Below are positions 20,808 to 30,186 of a stretch of DNA of 64,000 nt, in pieces (the stretch's first letter is position 1; each line of letters starts with the position of its first letter). The stretch lies in contig CBFHOE010000002.1 in the NCBI GenBank assembly GCA_965657355.1, positions 192,001 to 256,000 on the forward strand. The letters are read 5' to 3'. The notes beneath the pieces were generated by a model that was not told the origin of the DNA, made no database searches, and worked only from the letters and a program-made list of their open reading frames with translations. A program made the translations under genes and the position numbers. The stretch comes from Limisphaerales bacterium (lineage in GTDB: Bacteria; Verrucomicrobiota; Verrucomicrobiia; Limisphaerales; JAJOIW01).

Positions 20808-20830
20808 TCGCTCGACGCTCCTGAGAAGGT

Positions 20831-21457
20831 CTAGTGTTCGATCTCCAATGCGGCGTCAAACCATGCTGCTGCGCCGCGTTTCAACCGGAACGCATGTGGT
20901 TGACAAAGATCGATCAACGAACAATTATCGCACTTACGTTTCTCATAAACGGCGGGTGGTGTTATTTCTGACAAGACGAGCTCGCGCAACCAGTGTGCGG
21001 TTTCCCCTGTCAATCTGCGCAATTCATCATCCAGCAATACCACCGTTCTTCGTTTGCGCTGGCCATAAAAGAGAAATGATTCGCTGATTTTTATACTCAA
21101 CATTTCTTCAAGACAAATCGCCTGGGCGCAGAGTTGTACTTCATCTGCACGGTGCGATTTTGGTTTGCCGCGTTTGTATTCCAACGGAATCACCCGTCCG
21201 TCCGAATGAAACTCCACGATATCACACTGCCCCGCGATGCCCAGCCGGCGTGACACCACAGGTAGCGTGTGTGTGATTTGCACGCACGATCGCGATTCGT
21301 CATCGCTGTCATGCGCTTTGTGATGAATAACCTTGCCTTCAGCTGTGAAACGGTTATCCGCCCACGCCTGTTCGATGTGAATCAACGCTGTCTGACGAGG
21401 GCAAAACAGGTAGTGCTGCAGCGCGGAAATTGGCAGAAGTTCTTCGTCAGTGAACAC
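20831..21457 (-). CDS. cas4: Cas4 exonuclease
   Basis: ISALQHYLFCPRQ, GQCDIVEF, PLEYKRGK, QLCAQA and CDNCSLIDLC (Fe-S cysteines). Confidence 0.96.
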   Translation of the reverse strand: MFTDEELLPISALQHYLFCPRQTALIHIEQAWADNRFTAEGKVIHHKAHDSDDESRSCVQITHTLPVVSRRLGIAGQCDIVEFHSDGRVIPLEYKRGKPKSHRADEVQLCAQAICLEEMLSIKISESFLFYGQRKRRTVVLLDDELRRLTGETAHWLRELVLSEITPPAVYEKRKCDNCSLIDLCQPHAFRLKRGAAAWFDAALEIEH

Positions 21458-21466
21458 AATACGAGT

Positions 21467-22318
21467 TCAAATTCGTTCGATAACTTTGACGCCTTCGGGG
21501 ATAGCGTTTTCATCGATGGTGACTTCATAATCATTGAAGGACCGTGGAATCTCAACGTCTTTCTTTTTCTTCACGGTGACGGCTTCGAAGAGTTTGTTGG
21601 AATGAATTTTTCCGAGTTCGTTGTCGTGCTTGAAGACGATGAGTTTGCGAGCGTTCATGCTACCTGCGGGACGGGCAGCAGACTGGTCGAACTGGAAGGC
21701 GTTTTCTAGTGCCTTGAAAAGGAGTTCTAAATCCTCATCGCTAAAACCGGTTTTTTTTGCGAGGAATGGATTTACAAATCCTTGGGCTTTGTAGAGTCCG
21801 TATGGGACGGTGAACTTGCGCCCCATGGTGCGCTCTTTCTCCTTGTCCTTTTCATTAGTGACTGAGGAACGGGTGATGGCGTGTTCGCTTGAAACGATTG
21901 GGTCGATAGAGCGGGCAAAAGAAAGCTGAACCGGACCGCGGACTTGGCCACAATTGATTTCGGTAGACATGACAGCTCCGAATGCTCGGATGTCAAAGTA
22001 GTGCTCGCACATCCATGCAGTGGCTTTGTCTTTCACCTCGGGTTTAACTTTTTTCTCTGGTTTCTCGCCAATAGCTTCGTAGGCGGATTTGTGCTGGTTG
22101 TTGAGTACTGCACCTTCGGAAAAGTATATGCGTCTGGTGTCGTCGCCGTTGGCGGTCATTGCGATGAAGTTGCGGACCTTGCGCTTGAGGCAGACGTCGG
22201 TGACGAGGCCTTGGCCTGATTCCACGTCGAGACGCGGAAGGTTTCCGGCATCAGGATCCCCATTGGGATTGGCATCCTGGCAGTCAAAGAGGAAGAGGAA
22301 GTCGCAGCGGTTGTTCAT
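21467..22318 (-). CDS. cas7: Type I-C Cas7 (Csd2)
   Basis: NPNGDPDAGNLPR, TDVCLKRKVRN, DIRAFGAV, GQVRGPVQ and MGRKFTVPYGLY motifs. Confidence 0.96.
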   Translation of the reverse strand: MNNRCDFLFLFDCQDANPNGDPDAGNLPRLDVESGQGLVTDVCLKRKVRNFIAMTANGDDTRRIYFSEGAVLNNQHKSAYEAIGEKPEKKVKPEVKDKATAWMCEHYFDIRAFGAVMSTEINCGQVRGPVQLSFARSIDPIVSSEHAITRSSVTNEKDKEKERTMGRKFTVPYGLYKAQGFVNPFLAKKTGFSDEDLELLFKALENAFQFDQSAARPAGSMNARKLIVFKHDNELGKIHSNKLFEAVTVKKKKDVEIPRSFNDYEVTIDENAIPEGVKVIERI

Positions 22319-22368
22319 AGGTATTGATTCTTCGTGTTTAGATTTTTGTGAATAAGTTTAGGATCGGT

Positions 22369-24150
22369 TCAGTCATGAGATTCGGTGTTTTCCGTCGTGG
22401 TGACGTCAACAGCTTTCTTGGTGAAGAGGTCTTTCCGCTGATGGTAGTACCCGATGGCGAAGAGACCTTGCTTCCGTAGATTGAGCTGGCTGGGAAAATC
22501 TTGAATGGGCTCTAGGATTTCCTGAATCAGCTGCTCGCGACGGATTTTTTGCCCAATACTGATTTTGCCTAGATGGTGTTGGTAGGTGCGCAGCAGTCTT
22601 GGGAAGACGCTGGCGGGTGTCGCTGAGGCCGAGCCGTAGAAGCGGTCACGGATTCCGGCATTCACAGAGCCTAGTGCATCTTCTTGTGTTTTCTCTAGGG
22701 CTGCGAAGAGGCGCCCGAGTCGATAGGCGGTATCTGTCTTGGTTGAGTCTAGCATGATCGGTATTTGTTTTTTGTGATTTCGTATCAGGACCGCCTTGAT
22801 GGTGGCTACCCGTATGTAATGGATCTCGCGGTCGGCATGTATCCGGCGGATAATCGCCGAAAGAAGCGCTTCTGGATAGGAGATACCCTCTATTATGGAA
22901 CGAGTGAGTGCGCCACCGAGCAGCGGAGGAATCTCATCTGAAACACGGGCTGTCTCACGAAGGATCTGCCATACAGCGGGAAACTCCGGATCGGCGTGGC
23001 GCTTTCCTCTGGGCAGGGTGAATTCCTGGACAATCTGCATGGCCTGATGGTGGGTGTGAAGCTTGGTTAGTAGTTCCTGAACCGTGGACCGATGAAAGAA
23101 TCGAATCGAGAGCCGAGCTGCATTGGGGGCCAATCCGAGTATGTAGAATGGTGTCTCCAATTCATCGCCGAAGTCCTGAAAGTGACCCCCGTCGCGGATC
23201 GCTTTGAGGATGCGTTCAATCGTGAAACGCTCCTTCTCGCTCTGGACTTCCTCTAAGGCATTGGAGCCGCTGCCGATCAGATCAGCGAAAACATTTTCAA
23301 CTTTGGTCGACTTTTCGGTCCAGAAGACAGCGGTAGTGTCGCCGATTCGCAAACGGTGCTTGGTAGACTTCGGGCCGGTGAGCAGTGAATTGAGAGTGGT
23401 TCCGTATTGAAAGGCGGCTTTTTCACAGACGGGGCTGTTGAAGCTTTGCGTCTTGCCGAAAGATTCGTAAGCGGTGTCGCTGAACGAAACAATCGATGCA
23501 CCAGAAGACTGAGCGTCCGCCACCCCTTTAATCTTTGGATGCAGTCGAGCGATCGGAGCGGTTTCACCCGTTATCAGGCACTGAGCCACGTCCACGACTT
23601 TGACGCTGTCGCTCGATTGCTGGAGATTCCACCAATCCAGAATTTCGCGTTGTTCATGGACGTGCAGGCGTTCTCCTTGAATTTGAAACACTCCAAACCC
23701 CGTTCCGACTTCGTTGAGCAGCGGAAACTCATCAATACAGGAAGTATTCCAAGACTCCAGAAAACGGCAGACTGCTGAAAATTGAGGATTGTTGATTTCC
23801 TTTTCCACTTTCAAATGCTTGTCGCGAAATGCGTCGAATCGTTCCTGCCCAAAACCATCACGCTTGCCTTCTGGCTGGCGCCCCAATAGGTATGTCTGGT
23901 TGTCCCAGAGGAGGCATGGGTTGATGCCAGATCCAGAAGGTTTTGCTTCACCTGGCACCAGCATAGGCGTGGTCATGATTTTGCCTTTGTCGTTCGGTGT
24001 TCGCGCATCCTCAATGGCGAAGAGTTCTCCATCTAGATTGAGTACGATGCGGAAGCTAATTTTCTGGGGTGAGAAGCCAGGAGGTGCGATCTCGTAGTCG
24101 GGATCAGCGGCGAGGCGCGAGTAGAGATCGTTAAGGGATTGAAGGATCAT
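22369..24150 (-). CDS. cas8c: Type I-C Cas8c (Csd1)
   Basis: MILQSL..LY.RL, LWDNQTY, CLITGE..PIARLHPKIKG, LAPNAARLSIRF, YRLGRLFA.LE and FAIGYYHQ motifs. Confidence 0.95.
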   Translation of the reverse strand: MILQSLNDLYSRLAADPDYEIAPPGFSPQKISFRIVLNLDGELFAIEDARTPNDKGKIMTTPMLVPGEAKPSGSGINPCLLWDNQTYLLGRQPEGKRDGFGQERFDAFRDKHLKVEKEINNPQFSAVCRFLESWNTSCIDEFPLLNEVGTGFGVFQIQGERLHVHEQREILDWWNLQQSSDSVKVVDVAQCLITGETAPIARLHPKIKGVADAQSSGASIVSFSDTAYESFGKTQSFNSPVCEKAAFQYGTTLNSLLTGPKSTKHRLRIGDTTAVFWTEKSTKVENVFADLIGSGSNALEEVQSEKERFTIERILKAIRDGGHFQDFGDELETPFYILGLAPNAARLSIRFFHRSTVQELLTKLHTHHQAMQIVQEFTLPRGKRHADPEFPAVWQILRETARVSDEIPPLLGGALTRSIIEGISYPEALLSAIIRRIHADREIHYIRVATIKAVLIRNHKKQIPIMLDSTKTDTAYRLGRLFAALEKTQEDALGSVNAGIRDRFYGSASATPASVFPRLLRTYQHHLGKISIGQKIRREQLIQEILEPIQDFPSQLNLRKQGLFAIGYYHQRKDLFTKKAVDVTTTENTESHD

Positions 24151-24152
24151 GA

Positions 24153-24872
24153 CTAAACGTTGAATGGGAGCTCTGGAATCCGGATGACACCGTGTTCCAT
24201 AACAGCGCGGAAGAAGTGAGGTGTAGTTCTTCTCACCTTCTTGTTGGCGTGGTCCTGATCGAACTGGATGTCATGTAGCATGAAGCCGAGATCTTTTTCA
24301 TCCGGAAAATCCTCGGGCGGGCGCGGAACATCCGCCTCGTCTTCAATGAGTTTGAAATCAACCGGGAATTCCCGACAACCGAAGTAAGGTTTATGAAATG
24401 ACTGTCCTTTTCGTGCTCGCCTTTTGAACATCTCCAAATGCTTGCCAACGGCTTCGTGCTCAGGCAATTCCGGGCCGCCTTTGTCGAGGCACCGATCCAA
24501 AATGACCAAATGCGCCTTGATCAAATAGGCCACGTCCTTGAGGAGCAGCGAGGCACGCTGCTGGCGGCGGCTGGTCACATCCATACCGGGTATGACGGAG
24601 GCGTTTTTCATGGCTGCGCTGACACCGGTCTTTCCTTTTACGGGTATCTTGGAGTCAATCTCGTTGCGTCGAATGTTGGTAAAGCGGATGGGTTTGAGGA
24701 CATGGATCTCGTCGACGATCCATCTGATCTGTGGCTTCCAGTAGATGGCCTCAAGAATGCCTCGTGCGGCTGACGGGGTCATGACGTCGTAAGAGACGCG
24801 TTCCACTTTCATCTCAGGGCGACTGAAGAGCGCATAGTCGCCACTGGTTTCGAGAGTAATTCCGTAGTTCAT
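24153..24872 (-). CDS. cas5: Type I-C Cas5 (Cas5d; crRNA processing)
   Basis: [37 protein letters not shown] and PYFGCREF motifs. Confidence 0.96.
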   Translation of the reverse strand: MNYGITLETSGDYALFSRPEMKVERVSYDVMTPSAARGILEAIYWKPQIRWIVDEIHVLKPIRFTNIRRNEIDSKIPVKGKTGVSAAMKNASVIPGMDVTSRRQQRASLLLKDVAYLIKAHLVILDRCLDKGGPELPEHEAVGKHLEMFKRRARKGQSFHKPYFGCREFPVDFKLIEDEADVPRPPEDFPDEKDLGFMLHDIQFDQDHANKKVRRTTPHFFRAVMEHGVIRIPELPFNV

Positions 24873-25141
24873 GGCCCCTTGTTGGTAATATTTTTTTATG
24901 GTATGAAGTATCTAAAAAATCAAGTTAAAATTAAACATCCTTTGGCTAGTAGATCGCGATCCTTACAGAAAGAGTCCCTTGGAATGAAGAGTCAACAAAC
25001 CTTCCCGTACGATTAGGGGGTTTGTTGAACATACACTTAGCGCAAACACCAAGCCTTTTGCTCCGTTTTCCTTATTAGCGTTGCTTGTTATTCAGAATCG
25101 GAGCAATCCCGCTGCGGGCTGAAAATAGTAATGACACCTTT

Positions 25142-27508
25142 TCACCAAACACCAAGAATTTGAGAACTTTGATGTTTGTCATCAAAGGATACCCCGTAAT
25201 TGGGCGAGTAGTGTAGTTCTGGCGAAACTAGAACGTGAAATTGATCATCCCTAAGTATTTCAAATGCGGTTTGGTTTTCCGCAAACAAGGGGATCGGAAT
25301 CTGAACGGTGTAGCGCTGGAGCCCTCTAAACAGTCTGCGGTGCAAGGGGACTGTTTCGTTACGAAGCTGACCGATCAGTTGTCTGGAATTTTCATCAAAG
25401 GGAATGATGACCGGCATCTGATAATCGTTCTCGATCAGGCGAAACTCGGAGGCTGCCTTCTTGAAATCGAAATGAAATGGAAACTCAGCGTCGTATGCAT
25501 CAACCCGGAAGCAGTCCATGATGCCTTTATTGTCCCATTTCGAGGCTTTGCCTTGTTGGTGGTAGTAGAGTTCGAAGTAGCAGCGGATGGCGTCCTCGCC
25601 AAGTAGGTCTTCATGTAAATCGATAACCTGTGCTGCAATCTGTGCGGTTAGTCGGAAATAGGCTTCTTCTTCCTGATGCTCGGGTTTGAAAATGTAAGTC
25701 GTTCCCGGTTCGGTCAGCCGACCATCGCGGTTGCAGCGTCCTGCTGCCTGAGCTATGGAGTCAAGGCCGGCCAGTGCGCGAAAGACAACCGGGAAATCGA
25801 CATCCACGCCGGCCTCAACGAGTTGGGTCGAGATCACTCGGGTCGGGAGACCGTCTTTGAGACGTTGTTTGATAGCTTTCAGAATTTCGCTGCGATGTTC
25901 CGGACACATCAGCGCGGAGAGGTGGTAGTTGGACTCGTTCTCACCCAACAGATTGAAAAGCTGGAAGGCGTGTTGGCGACGGTTGACCACACATAGGGAT
26001 TGTGGCTGCTCCGAGATTTCGCGGATTAAATCTGCGTCGGAGATCGTGCCTTTGTTTTCTATCTTCACACGTTCCAAAGCGGCGAAAAGCGTTGCTTTGT
26101 CACGTATGATCTCGGTGCATTGTTTGAATCCAATCGGGAAGAACTGTTCGTCATATATGATGGCGGGTTGAGTTGCTGTGCAGAGGACGACAGTGGCTCC
26201 ATAGTTTTCGGTCAACTCGCGAAGAGCTGACAGGCAGGGATTGAGAAGATTGACTGGCAGCGATTGAGCCTCATCCAAAACAATCACGGAACGAGCGACG
26301 TTATGCAGTTTGCGGGCCTTGGAAGTCTTGCATGAGAACAGGGATTCGTAGAGCTGAACGGCAGTTGTAACGATGAGAGGTGCATCCCAATTTTCAGTCG
26401 CCAAGCGGGACCTAGTGGTTTCCTTTTCCGGCGACAGGGACGAATGGTGTTCGAGGACGGGAGAGAAATCAGGTGTTTCGAGTGATTGGAAAACTTCGCG
26501 ATATACCTCAGCATTCTGCTCAATAATTGAGGTAAACGGCGCCACGTATATGATACGTTGAAGATCGTATTTCACTGCGTGGCGCAGCGCGAAGGAAAGC
26601 GAGGACAAAGTCTTGCCGCCTCCTGTGGGGACGGTGAGCGTGAAAAGCCCGGGGGCGGATTCGGCTGAAGCACGGCAGTCGGTCAGAACATCGGCGCGAT
26701 TGCGATTGACCGGAGTATCAATGGCTTTTTTTGTTAATGAATCCAGATGATAATCTAGACATTTCAACATCCGCTGTAAAATTTTCTGAGGCACGTCTGA
26801 GCGCTGATGAGCCTGTTTCGGATTCATGAACTTCTCAGTCGCGAGAAAGTCAGCGTCACAAAGGCAGGAGAATAGCATTCGGGTAAAAAATCCGATGGAA
26901 AAGCCTGCGGACGTTGGATTCGCTAGTGCAGTCTTAATCGAGGGAGGAATCTCAGAAAGTTCATAGTTCAAAAGCTCAGCAGGAGCCTCTTCGGTTGGTT
27001 TGATAATCTTCTGCAGTCGTATTCTCTGGGAAGCTGTGTTTTCCTTCGCGTCCAAAAGACCCGAATGGTGCCCGGCGATCGGATAGGCAAGAATGTGCCC
27101 GAAGGGGGCCATTTTTTTAATTGCATGTTGTGCACCTGCTGAGGAGTGGTCCACTTTTCCGTGAACTTCTCCTTCGTGAGGTGCGCCACCTGCTTTTCTC
27201 AAAAAGCTCTGAAACTCCTTCGAGAACTTCCCCAAATCATGCCAGAGCCCGGTGAAGTATCCCCATTGATGGGCGGTTCCCCGGGTAGGGCCAACGGGGA
27301 ACATCTGGGTGGCGAATTGGGCGGTCCACCAGGCGACTTTGTTAAGGTGTCCGTGTTGTTCATCAAGCCGTTCACATCGTTTGCATTGCTTCCCCGCACA
27401 TAAAAACGCCGGTCCATCGCCTATTTTGGTAAACAATGGCTCCCATTCAGTTGTCGGCAGTGGTTTTTCCTGCCTGTCCTGCTTAGTGTGCGCATAGAAT
27501 CTGGACAT
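25142..27508 (-). CDS. cas3: Cas3 HD nuclease-helicase
   Basis: HDLGK, DHS, GHHSGL, DADFL; PTGGGKT, DEAQ, CTAT and QAAGRCNR motifs. Confidence 0.96.
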   Translation of the reverse strand: MSRFYAHTKQDRQEKPLPTTEWEPLFTKIGDGPAFLCAGKQCKRCERLDEQHGHLNKVAWWTAQFATQMFPVGPTRGTAHQWGYFTGLWHDLGKFSKEFQSFLRKAGGAPHEGEVHGKVDHSSAGAQHAIKKMAPFGHILAYPIAGHHSGLLDAKENTASQRIRLQKIIKPTEEAPAELLNYELSEIPPSIKTALANPTSAGFSIGFFTRMLFSCLCDADFLATEKFMNPKQAHQRSDVPQKILQRMLKCLDYHLDSLTKKAIDTPVNRNRADVLTDCRASAESAPGLFTLTVPTGGGKTLSSLSFALRHAVKYDLQRIIYVAPFTSIIEQNAEVYREVFQSLETPDFSPVLEHHSSLSPEKETTRSRLATENWDAPLIVTTAVQLYESLFSCKTSKARKLHNVARSVIVLDEAQSLPVNLLNPCLSALRELTENYGATVVLCTATQPAIIYDEQFFPIGFKQCTEIIRDKATLFAALERVKIENKGTISDADLIREISEQPQSLCVVNRRQHAFQLFNLLGENESNYHLSALMCPEHRSEILKAIKQRLKDGLPTRVISTQLVEAGVDVDFPVVFRALAGLDSIAQAAGRCNRDGRLTEPGTTYIFKPEHQEEEAYFRLTAQIAAQVIDLHEDLLGEDAIRCYFELYYHQQGKASKWDNKGIMDCFRVDAYDAEFPFHFDFKKAASEFRLIENDYQMPVIIPFDENSRQLIGQLRNETVPLHRRLFRGLQRYTVQIPIPLFAENQTAFEILRDDQFHVLVSPELHYSPNYGVSFDDKHQSSQILGVW

Positions 27509-28110
27509 CCTCTCGTCGCCTTTCTAGGTCTAATTATGTCGAATTACATTACAATTTTAATCACAGTCCACGCCACTGTAGACAGCATAATTAACTGTAG
27601 TTTCATGGATTATCCCAACGGAACCCAGACAACAACGAGGCTATAATTTGCTCCCTACCGTTACTACCAATACCGACCTTTCCACTGAAAGAAAGAATCT
27701 TCTGGCAGATTTTGTCACCTTCAAATGAGATACTCGAATTAAACATGTTACGGAGCAATGTCGCAAGTTTATCATTTGTAGCATCGGATCAATTTCTCAG
27801 TGGTTTCCAGCATAGAGGCTTTGAAATGACTATTTTTCAAAAGCTGGCAGATGAGTCAGAATATAGCATAGGTAATAAGCGGTTCGCTGATGAAAGAGGA
27901 GTGCGTGATGTGGAATAGGAACAGAATACCTATCCTAAAGATGCATCTACCAAGTTGAATTAGTGGTGCTCAAGGATTTAGCCGAGCCTCAAGCGACAGA
28001 TGAGGGCAAGTGGCTGGAGCTAAAAAGCTAATCAATGAAATTTCCAAAGCTAACCAAGATGTGTAGATTATTAATTCGTAATTGATACATCTATAGGCAT
28101 GCATTTTTCT

Positions 28111-28503
28111 TCATTGAGCCCACCTTAATGCCCATCCCGTTTCCTCCATTATCTGTCTGGCCCTCCTCTTTGCTGCATTGGTTAACCTGGCACTTTTCTT
28201 AAGGTTTACACTTGCAGGTAACCAGCTCAAGTTCGCCATCGAGTTCTCTAATTCAGGATAATCTGCATAAGGAAGAATGTGATCCACGTGTAACTTCTCT
28301 CCGCTGTATTTGCCTTTAGTGACTATTGGAGCTCTTCCTCTCCTTAATAGGTCTATGTTATCCTTGGTGTATATTCCATACTGTTTACCAAGTCGATACT
28401 GAGCTTCCAAGTTTACCTTTTCAGTATTTGGGGCATAAACGTGGCCTCGATTTGCGATATTCTCATCGACTAATTCTTGCAGCTCTTCGCTTACACTATC
28501 CGA
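28111..28503 (-). pseudogene. Decayed gene with C-terminal HNH-like domain
   Basis: LHVDHILP..DYPELENSMANL..LPASVNLKKS (H-N-N/K variant). Frame is open to 28503 with only a TTG start at 28410; stops lie upstream. Confidence 0.55.
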
Positions 28504-28938
28504 TCAAAATCCGTATTTGGGCAAACTGGTGCTTTACCAATCACTACAAATATTTTTAGAGGAATATTAAGGTGTGTGACCGAAAATGAACTTTGCTGAA
28601 TATCAGCAGAGCATATGAGGGCCAAAACTCATCTGACCCTATGATCGCAACTAATAACAAAAATTATCGAGCATGTGTCATAACTTTTATTAGGTTCTGC
28701 ATTATGTTTTTCGAATCCCCCGTTTTCACTGAAATCCCACCAATTCCGACCTATTTTTCCCTTCGTCTGCAAGATCACCAATATGAAAAATTCCCAGAAT
28801 ATTCTTCACTCCATGTAGCTTAAGTCCAAAATACCCGAATTATCATTATCAGCATAATAAAACTGTCATTCCAAGAAATAGATAGCGACTCCACAGGACA
28901 TCATTAAGGCGATGGTGTCTAGTCTCCATCAGCTACAC

Positions 28939-29256
28939 ATGAAGCCTCTCGGATTCCGCAAATCCGGCGACACTTGGATTCGCGCAGGCGAGCGGCCGCA
29001 GGTTATTAATGTCCAGCTTTCGAAGTGGAACTCATCCACTGAAGCGCAGCCCACCGTGAATCTCGGAATCTAGATAGAAGAGCTTCACGCCGCGTCGGAA
29101 GGACTTCCATTGAAGGGTACTCTGAAGGAATACGATTGCGCGTCCGAACCCGGATTGGACAGCTATTTCCGAGCAAGAAGGAAAAGTGGTGGCAAGTTAC
29201 GGAGACTACTGATCCAAATCAGCTTGCCGACGACGTGTTCGCCCGAATCGAGCAGT
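28939..29256 (+). pseudogene. DUF4304-like pseudogene
   Basis: Reads MKPLGFRKSGDTW..QVINVQLSKWNS..TVNLGI*; premature TAG at 29071 and a 1-nt frameshift near 29140; continues EYDC/VRTRIGQLFP..KWWQV. Confidence 0.6.
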
Positions 29257-29445
29257 GTGGTTTTCTGTTTTTATCAGAGAATCCTGGATTGTTTTCATAA
29301 ACTCATCTCGCCGTTCTTCAATTTCAACTTGAGCAAAGGATGAATTTACTTTTGGGGCAAGAGCAGATGGGCCTAATCCACACTTTGTCACAGAGGTAGA
29401 ATTTTTAGTTGCGATTAGTGCAGGCGTTCTTAAATATAAAAGAAC

Positions 29446-29763
29446 GTGAAAGCAGAAATACTAAAGAGATCGTCACACGTTGTCATATTAGAAGGTCGGG
29501 TAGCGGCAGAAAAGCTGGAGGCATGTTTAAAATTATTTGCTGAAAACCGTTTAGAAGTAACCAAAAACTACGAGGGGTGCGAAGGCTGCTTTGGGTCGGT
29601 GAATCCTGAAGAGTCGTTAGTTACTATTTGGACTCAATGGCAATCACCAGAACATTTCGATAGTTATTTAAAATGGCGGACTGACAGGGGTGATTTAGCC
29701 GAGGCTTTAAGCTATTTTGACGGCGAACCCAATATAAAGAGGTCTAGTCTTTTCTTCGAATAA
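29446..29763 (+). CDS. Antibiotic biosynthesis monooxygenase (ABM) domain protein
   Basis: T..YEGC, IWTQWQSPEHFDSYLKWR..GD pattern; 105 aa. Confidence 0.75.
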   Translation: MKAEILKRSSHVVILEGRVAAEKLEACLKLFAENRLEVTKNYEGCEGCFGSVNPEESLVTIWTQWQSPEHFDSYLKWRTDRGDLAEALSYFDGEPNIKRSSLFFE

Positions 29764-30186
29764 CTTGCTTGTGGCTCAGGCCCGGCATCCATCTCGCATC
29801 ACAACCTCAACTTCAAACCTTGAATTTATCAAAGTGCCCCGTTTGTGCAGTCGGTCGGGTCACATAAAAACACTTGTGCTCAAAAACGGACTTTGTGGAC
29901 CGTGGACATAGATTTTTAGATAGCACCCGCTGATCACTTAGAGAGAATTTGCACGCTACTGGGCTGCAATGATACCGACCATTATTCTAATTCTCGCCCC
30001 CAATTTTCATAAAACAATGAACGGACCACTTCTTCAGTTGGCCCTGCAAACCTTAAAATTTATACTTAGAAGTGGAGGAACATGTTGAAAAACCTAGCAT
30101 TTTCCTGCTATTCCAAAAACAATTGCTAAGGGCTTAATTAAGTCTATTATTTGCTTTGACTCCAACAATTAAAACCTACAAAAACC

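Noticed and set aside
27520..27545. Possible self-targeting of the cas3 promoter by the sequence following the lone repeat (shared ATTAGACC, with a TTC nearby)
   Set aside because: Only 8 contiguous matches. The TTC PAM is one base out of register and the PAM-proximal positions mismatch, so chance explains it.
27712..27918. 68-aa ORF divergent from cas3 as a possible regulator or anti-CRISPR
   Set aside because: TTG start, no HTH or WYL motif and no clear RBS; nothing supports a function.
29771..29789. Partial similarity to the tRNA-Phe 3' end as a candidate attR
   Set aside because: It is inverted relative to the tRNA, gapped and mismatched; an att duplication should be a direct repeat.
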